From: Candidatus Obscuribacterales bacterium
GTDB lineage: Bacteria > Cyanobacteriota > Vampirovibrionia > Obscuribacterales > Obscuribacteraceae
Length of the DNA stretch: 64,000 nt
Assembly (NCBI GenBank): GCA_019744775.1
Contig: JAIETZ010000006.1
Coordinates: forward strand, 41,092 to 105,091
Direction of reading: 5' to 3'
The position numbers and the translations under genes were made by a program. Below are positions 19,919 through 28,900 of the stretch, piece after piece. The notes beneath the pieces are model-generated. The model was not told the origin of the DNA. It ran no database searches and was given only the letters and a program-made list of their open reading frames with translations. How positions within the stretch are numbered: the stretch's first letter is position 1; each line of letters opens with the position of its first letter.

Positions 19919-22900
19919 CAAGAGGCACCTGTTGATGGAGCTGCTGCCCAAAGCACCCCTGCTCCTGTAGTGCTGGACCATACTTCGCTTGGGCAATTAG
20001 CTGATCTAGTGATCAACCCACAACAAACCGTTGCTATTGACTTCGGCTCCCTAACAGGTGGATTGACGCTGCCCGGCAACCTGACAAACAATGGTTCAAT
20101 TTACGCCTATTCAACCAACCCCAACGTAAACATCGGCTCCATTAACGCCAATAACATCTATAACAATGCCGGCGGCTTAATTACTTCAGTCATTCCGCAA
20201 GGTGGTATCCCTGGGCTCTCACTAAACCTGGCGAATCTGGTCAGTAATTTCAGCCTCAATCTAACAGCAGTAAACAACATAGTTAATGCCGGAATGATTT
20301 CCAGCGCCGGCAACCTATCAATGACAGCAGGCGGCACCATCACGAATGCCGCCACGCAAGCAAATTTGGCAGCCATGTTAACAGCAGTCAACACTGTTAA
20401 CCTAACAGCAAGCAATATTGTGAATAGCGGCATAATTTCGGCTATGCAAGGCAACATCAATCTCGCCTCAAAACTCTCTACAGATTTAATCCTGAACAAT
20501 GTCAATGGTCAATTGTCGGCATTGAACGGCATAATCAACGCTCGAGACTTAAGTTACCTCGGCGCTATGAATACCATTCTTCATGGTGGTGATTTTCTAT
20601 CCAGAGAACTAAATATTTATTCCGGAGATGGCATTGTCGATGTTAACGTCAACGACATTTTAGGAACGGTCAATATTAATGCCGGTTGCGCCCATGTCCA
20701 GGCTGCAACTGACAATTTACTTTTAGGCTCGCTGATTATTACAGGCGATCCAACCTACTACAACACTCTAGGTTCCATTACAGTAACCGGTCCTGTATCG
20801 ACAACTTCCGGACAGAACCTGGCTTTTGCCGCCCGGCAGGACATAACCGTCAGCGGTAATATCTCAACAATTGCCAGTACTTCAACTAACGGTACGCTTA
20901 TATTTATTGCCGGGGCAAATATTACCGGACCAACACCATTAGCAAATACTCAAATCAACAACAATACTGCCAACACAGTAACCATTGCCTCCGGTTCCGG
21001 TTCGACAACAGGCGGGGCTATTAACTTAACAGGGTCAGGTAACACCATCACAACCAGCGGTGGCAACTTAACCATGGTTGCTTTTAGTGGATCCGGTGCC
21101 GGTTCTGCTCTCACACCAGGCACGATAAGTGTTCAGCAATCTATATCAACAGCCGGCAGTGGTACTGGCTTCAATGGCAGCGTGACAATGATAGCCGGAG
21201 CAACTTCAGGCGCCGGTATTACCACAAGTGCTATTAACACAGGTGGTGGCTCAGGTTCAAATGGTGGCGCTATTACACTTAGAACTGCCGCTCCAAGCAC
21301 CAATAGCAGCACATCACTCACCAACGGCACCCTCACAGGAGGCTTCACAGCCGGCAGCACGACAGCTGCCTCTGTTACTACCGGTGCCTTAACTACCATT
21401 GGCTCAACCAGTACAAGCGGCCGCGCAGGCGGAGCCATCAACATTACAGCCGGCACCTCCATCACCACGGGCGCAATTGCCACAATCGGTGGCACGGGCA
21501 CTAGCAACACGGCAGCTGATGGTGGCGCCGGTGGTGCAGCAGGGAGCGTCACATTCAATGCCGGCGGCAATATTTCGGTGGGCAATATTAGTGCCTATGG
21601 GGGCACCGGGGGAAGCTTCACCGGTACCAGCGGCAGCGCTTATTACGGCGGCGCCGGTGGCGCCGGCGCAGCAGTCAGCCTGGTGACGACAGGTGACAGC
21701 TCCAGCATAAGCAGCGGCTTCATCAATACATCGGGCGGTGCTACAGGTACAGGTGGCTATAATTCCGGCACAATTTCAGGAAGCTCAGCAGGAGCCCAAG
21801 CCGGTGGCTCTGCAGGAACAATTACACTTACCGCCCCTGGCGGCATAAGTGCCGGTTACTTACGAGCATTTGGTGCAGGCGGTGAAGGTGGCAATAACGG
21901 TAGCAGCGGAGTTATCGGCACACAAGGCGGCAATGGGGGCGCAGGAGCTGCCGTATCACTAACTTCCACCGCCGGTGCTATCACTTTGACAGGTGATATC
22001 AATACTTCAGGCGGCGGTGGCGGTGGCACGGGAAATTCCGGTGGCACGGCTACAGGTGGCACCGGTGGTGCAGCAGGAAATATTAGTATCAATGGAGCTG
22101 GAGTTGTCCAAATTACCGGTCCTGTGTTGGCAGCAGCCGGAGGCGGCGGCAATGGCAGCAGCGCCTCTTGCTGCGGTGGTGGCGGTGGTGCCAGTTTCGG
22201 TGGTGGCGGCGGCGGCGCCGACGGCGGCAGTGCAGGCGGCGGTCTCTTCGGCGGCGGCGGCACATCCAACTGGGGAAGCGCCTCAGGCGGCAGCGCCGTT
22301 TCCGGCGGCGTTTCAAAAAACCCGCAAGGAAGTGCCGGCGTAACGAACGGTTCGGTCGGACAAGGCGGCAACAGTTTTGATACTACTCCTAACGCCAGCC
22401 GAACAGGCGGTGTCTTTGGCGTAGGTGGCGTCGGTACAAATGCAACTGCCAATCAAGTAGGGCAAGCAGGACAAGGAAATATGGGGGGAGCCGCCGGTTC
22501 CACCAACGGTAATATCACCATCTCCGGTGGCAGCGTGTCTTTAACAGGCACTGTTTCAAGCTTTTATCCTGGTTCAACAGGGGGATCCACAGGCTTCACC
22601 AGTTCACCTTATTCTGATGTTTCAATCTATGGAGGCACGACCGGTCAAGCTGTCCAAATAACAGCCACCAGTGGTGATGTTTCCATTGCAGGTACTCTCA
22701 ATCTCTCAGGAGTAGATAGAAGCGGACAAACAAATGGAGCCGCCGGTGGAGCAGCAGCCGGCTTAACGGTATCTGCTTCATCAGGATCAATCAGCCTAGG
22801 TGGCATTACTGCTGTCGGCGGCAGCGGTGCTTCCACCACCAGCGCCGTGGGTGGCGCAGGTGGTGCAGGCGGAGCAATAAGTTTAACTGCCGGACAAAAC

Positions 22901-25900
22901 GTCACAGTCGCCGGCGCCATTAATCTAGCGGGCGGACTTGGTGGCACATCAACTTCTTCCAGCTTCAATGGAGGTGTCGGTGGTGCCGGTGGCAGCTTAT
23001 CCTTAAATGCCAACGGCATTGTTTCACTTGCCGGCAGCGTTTCAACAGCCGGAGGTACCGGAGGTACAAATTCATCACGCACAGGTGGTACCGGCGGACA
23101 GGGAGGCTCAGTTACAATTACCGATACGGCAGGACCTATAACAATCACAGGCAATGTCAGCACAGCCGGTGGCACCGGGGGCACAGGCTCGACTCAAGGC
23201 AACGGTGCAGCCGGCGGAGCCATGTCCATTCAAACAACAAACTACGGCGCTGTCACAGTCTCAGGCAATCTAAATACCTCCGGCGGCAATGGACCAACAG
23301 TTGGTCAACCGGGAGCGATTACAGTCAGAGCTAACAGCAATTTTGCTTCACAGGGTTTTGCCTCTCCCGGCAGTCCTATCTTTATAAGTGGTTATATTCT
23401 TGCTCAAGCAGGTGGCACAAGCCGCAGCGCCTTAACCTCCGGTGCAGGTGCTATTACATTAGCAGGCAATGCTGTAGCCATAAACGGCACGACAAATATA
23501 AGTGGAACAAATTACAGTATCTTCGGTGGCTCCTCGGTCAATATCACATCACCCGGTGCCACCATCGGTCAGAACTATGCTTCTGCCAGTGATCTCAGTT
23601 CAACAAACACCGTCACCAATGGTATTTCTACTGTGGGTTTTAGCGGCAACAACACGAGTGCAACCTTTGCAATGGGTTCAAGTGGCAGCAAAGGTCAAAT
23701 CGCCAGCCGCATCAACGGTACCAGTGACACCATTACCATCAATACGGCTCCTAACAGCGGACATCCAACCGCTCATAATATCCTCGATACCTCACCACAG
23801 ACATTTACGGGTGGTTCTGCCGGGCTGCTTTACCGCGACAGTGGCAACACCGTGCGCTCAGTAACTTCAGCAAGCACTATGACTGCGGCAAAACGTATTG
23901 CCGTCATCCAAAACCTATATGCCGGCACTCAGACACTGATAGTTGATACAACAAACACCCCGATTGCAACAGGCGGAAGCTTTGAGATAGCCTCAGTCAA
24001 TTTTCCAACGGCAGGCGACAATGGCGGCAACTTCTCAACCTTAGTTATTCCAGCATCAGTTACAGCCAACGTCACAACAACTACCGTCATTCCGGCAAAC
24101 GGACCCACAGTTGGTCCAATTACTATTAACGGCACGCTTAGCTTCAATGCCACTTCGGGATCATCTTCCGGTGGTATCAATGCTGCGGGCAACATTACAA
24201 CCGGTGCCTCCGGATTGATAACCAGCACGCAAACTACAACAGTAAGCCTGACTTCGACAGCAAATAGTATTGGCTCATCCGGATCTCCGCTGAAAGTAAG
24301 TTTGTCTAATCTGGCATTGAACGCAGCCAACGGCTCTGTCTATGCCAATGATCAATTATCCAGCGGCAACATCACACTTAACAACTCAGGAGTCAATACA
24401 TCAACAGGCACATTCCAATTCCAAGTCACTGCAACAAGCGGCAACCTGCTCACAGGTGCTTCACAAACAATTAGCGGCAAGACACTTGTTATAACATCCA
24501 CTAGCGGCAGTATCGGTACATCCGGTTCCACTGTAGCTGTGAACACAGGGCTGCTGACAGCTTCTGCTTCAAGTGGCAACGTCTATATAACCGATAGCGC
24601 CAAGGTCATCTTGCAGGACAATGGCGCCTTCACCAACGGAGCCTCAACATCAAGCGGCACCTTCTCCATAACTGATACAAATGCGGCCGGCTCCGGCAAT
24701 ACTGCAATTGCATTTAGCGGACCAACAACAATTAGTGCCGCAACTGTAATTCTCAATGCCAGTACCAGTGGTGATGTTGGCACATCAGCAACACCCATAG
24801 CAATTATCGCAGGTACAGTCGCTCTCAATGCACCTAACGGTTCTGTTTACGTCAATGACTCTTTGTCAACCGGAAATATCACAATAAACAATTCCGGCGC
24901 CAACACATCCAACGGTAGATTCCAATTTAGAGCAACTGCTACAAGCGGCAACATCTTAACCGGTGGTTCTCAAACTATTACCGGCAACAATGTCATTCTT
25001 GCTTCCACAAACGGCAGCATTGGTTCAACCTCTTCACTGGTTGCTGTAAATACCGGTCTTTTGACCGCACAAGCTACAAATGGTTCTTCTTATATAACCG
25101 ACAGCGCACGCGTAACACTGCAAGACAACAACGGCTTTTCCAATGCCGCCAGTTCTTCCGGTACATTTTATGTAATAGACACTAACGCAGCCGGTGCCGG
25201 TACCACTGCCATCGCCTTCTCCGGACCAACAGGAATCGCAGCCGGCACTCTAGTTCTGCGTGCCAGTGTCAGTGGCGACATCGGTACAACCAGCAACCGT
25301 ATCACAACCAGTGCAACGAATATTACAGCTAATGCTCAATCAGGATCTGTATACATAACTGATACCAGTAACTCAAATGTCAATTTACAAAATACAACAA
25401 TCGGCAGCACGATACAAAACTCAGCCGGCAATACATTCAGCCTTGTAACCAATCAAAACCTAACTACCGTTAACAGTTTTGCTGCAATCAACAACTTATC
25501 CCTAACATCGACCAACGGCGCAGTCGATCTCTCCGGCATATTGTCGGCAGGCTCTGTTACAGCAAGCGGTGGCAGTTTAACTGTTTCCGCCGGCACCAAT
25601 ATAGTAGCTCCAGGAAATGTTTCAGCAGTAACTTACAATACATCCGGCGTTAACGGCACTAATGGAACATCTTCAGGCGGTACAGGCAATGCAGGCGGAG
25701 CAATAACACTTACAGCCGGACTCACTTCAACATCAGGCGTCATCACGCTACCAAATCTCTCACTCACAGCTAACGGCGGTAATGGTGGCACAGCCAGCAG
25801 CTCCGGCGGTACAGGCGGTCAAGGTGCGACCGGCGGCAACATAACAGTTGCAGCAAGTGGCACTATTTCCCTTAATGCAATAAGTGCCAACGGTGGCAAC

Positions 25901-28900
25901 GGCGGCAGCAAAATTGGCGGCGGCAACGGCACCGGTGGAGCCGCCGGCGCAGGCGCCACAGCGATGATTATTTCAACAGGAGACAATGTAAATCTAGGTA
26001 CTATCACTGCAACAGGCGGTACTGGCGGCAACGGAGCGGTCAGCGGTAGCAACGGTAACGGCGGTGCCGGAGGCAAAATCGATATCGAGAGCCAGAAAAA
26101 ATCCATCTCTATAACCGGCAATGTAGACGCCTCCGGTGGCATAGCCGGTACGGGCGGTAGCGGTGGCAGCGTTGGACAACCAACAGGAACATCGGGACAC
26201 AGTATTCAATTGATGGCTGTTGGCTCTCTGGCAGTAACCGGTTATGTGGCAGCAGCAGCCGGTGGCTCGGCAGCTAATACTATTACCGCTACAAATGCCG
26301 ACATAATTATGTACGGCAAGACAGTTAATTTGTCAGCAACAGGCACAAGCCTCTTTGGCGGTACCGGCGGCTATAACGCTTTCGGCGGCTCTTCCATGAC
26401 AATCGTAGCGCCAGGAACATCGACACTGACTCAGTACAGCACTAACTTGGATCTGACTACAACTTCAACAGTTTCCATGGTTGCTTTCACCGGTGGCACA
26501 TTTACGGTCGGCACAACACCTGTGCCCGGTGGCAACGGAGCTGCTGCCCAGCTGGGAACTAAAGCGGGTTCGACGCTTTCAATTAACGGCATCAATACTC
26601 CAAATCCGGTGAATAGCACTTCAACACCACGCACTTTCGCTGGCAACTTGGTCGTTATATACAATGGTAACTCCTTCATGACCGTTGCTCCGGCTCAAGC
26701 AGTGACACCTGCTCAGTGGGTAGCAGCAGTTCAAGTTTCAACAACAAGCTCGCAAGATGTCACTCTCAATGCAGGCGGCACCGGCACGCAAGTATCCGGC
26801 ATATTCACGCTTGCAGATTCCAATTATCCGTTAATTACAGCTGCTGGCGGCACATCGACGACTTTCACCAACATCAATATTCCATTAGGGGTTACTGAAA
26901 ATGTCACCACTACCAATACGGTTACCTCCACCGGCAACGTAACAATTAACGGCTCCTTGAATTTCCAATCGGGATCATCTGGTGCACTCACCGCCTCCGG
27001 CAATAACTTAACTATTGCCGCCAATGGCACCATTCAGTCAGCAAGTGGCAATTTGGCTATTACTGCAATCGGTACCGGTTCAGGTCTGGTTGTAGGCAGC
27101 TCAGGTATTGTGGCTTCAGCCGGAGGCAATCTCTCAATTACAACAGGAGCAGTTAATAACGGTGGCTTGATTACAACCTCACAAAATAACGGCACAATTA
27201 CCATTCAAAATGCCAACACAATGACATTGACCGGCAATGGTTCAATAACATCAACAGGAACTGGAGTTAGTTCAATCCTCATTCAAACAACCGGCAACAC
27301 TCACTCACTGACGATAAATGGCTCATGGACTTACGATCCAGGAATTGCCGGTTCCACAACCATTTCTGCAATAACGACAGGCAGCCCGCTCACTTTTGGT
27401 GCATCCACTACGCAGAATATAGCCAGCGGTACTCTTACCGTAAGTTCTCGCACGGTAGTTCTCGGCGATGGCGCGCTCATACAAAGCCAAAGCTCAACTG
27501 GCACTGCAATCACCATCGACAACGGTGCTGCTGGAGCAACTCTAGTTGTGCAGGGACCATCCGGAGGATCAGCAACCATTCAAACAAATGGAGCAGATAT
27601 TCAAATACAAACAACTAACACAAGACAAATTACGTTCGACAAATCGAGCACTGCCGCTACGACACTTAACTTCAATACGCAAGGTCTTGGCACGGTTATT
27701 ACAAGCAACAATACAGATCAAAACATAAACAGTTTGGTTACCTTTGCCTCCGACAGCAACATTCAAATGAACATCAATGGCAACAATAACCTCAACTTAA
27801 ACGGAACAATCAATTCCTCCAAATCATCGGGTTCTATTGTTGCGCAGAGTACAACTGATTTAAACATAGCCGGAACAGGTACTATCGCCTTCACCGGCGG
27901 CGCTTCAGGCACAATTCAATTAATTGCTAATGGCGCAAATAGTCTAGCCTTCATTGGTAATACAACCATGGATCCAGGTGCAGCAGGCTCAGCAATATTC
28001 AAATCACAAACAGCCGGCGGCATTATTTCAATTGCATCAGGGACAATACAAACTGTGCAATCAGGTGCTTCGATCTTGGTGAGCGCACAGAATTTTCGCT
28101 TCTTGGGTGACGGTGCTGCTCTTGTTGCAACAGGATCCTCCAACATCACTTTCGATTCGGGTACCGCCGGCAATAACCTTCTAGTAAGAACTCAGGCAGG
28201 CACGACAACAGGCGGCATATCGACTGCTGGTGGCACGATTCTTTTCACGCCACTAACTGACGGCACACTGACATTTTCAAAAACTACTGGAGCCGACGCC
28301 ATCCTTATCCTGTCAACAGGCGGCTCCGGACTTGTTAAAACAGTGTCGGCTGCCAACACAGCCATCAACGCCGGCGTTATCTTATCTGCCGACAGCAACA
28401 TTGAAGTAAACGTCAATGGCGGCAATACAGCAACAGTAAACGGAACGATTACAACGAACAAAGCTGCTGCCAACTTGCTCATTCAAAGTACAACCAATCT
28501 AACTCTTGCCGGCACCGGCATCTTGGCAGTCACCGGCAGTGGCAGTAAATACATAACAGTTCAGGCACAAGGCGCCAATGCGCTGACAGTTGCTGCATCA
28601 CTGACATACAATGCTGATGTAGATACTTACGTGCAATTGCAATCAACAGCTTCCGGAGGCTCAGTTGCATTTAACAACAACACCGCGCAGACGATAACCG
28701 GCAGTGCTTATGGTCAAGTTATTGCTACTCAAATAACTTTCAGCGGTAATGCCACATTTACAAACTCGGCAGGCTATCTAGATTTAACTGGCGATCAACT
28801 GTCCACAAATATTACTCTTACCAATAGCAGAACCGTGACTTTGGATTTGCCTGGCGGTGTAGCGTTCATTGGCTCATATGCTGCGCAGCCGTTGGTAATA

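Noticed and set aside
19919-20800. Calling the genes FhaB-like two-partner-secretion exoproteins or filamentous haemagglutinins.
   Set aside because: The repeats have a generic beta-helix adhesin flavour. However, I could not find TPS hallmarks (NPNL or NPNGI motifs) in either head, and no TpsB gene is in the window. I left this as an open question to be settled by HMM search rather than a call.
21993-22380. Plus-strand alternative-frame ORFs over the glycine tract. Examples are 22168..22380 (Arg-rich, MLRWWRWCQFRWWRRRRRRR...), 21993..22343 and 21399..21686.
   Set aside because: They are frameshifted readings of (GGN)n, where GGC GGC read in other frames gives Ala or Arg runs. They lie inside gene 2 and have no independent support.
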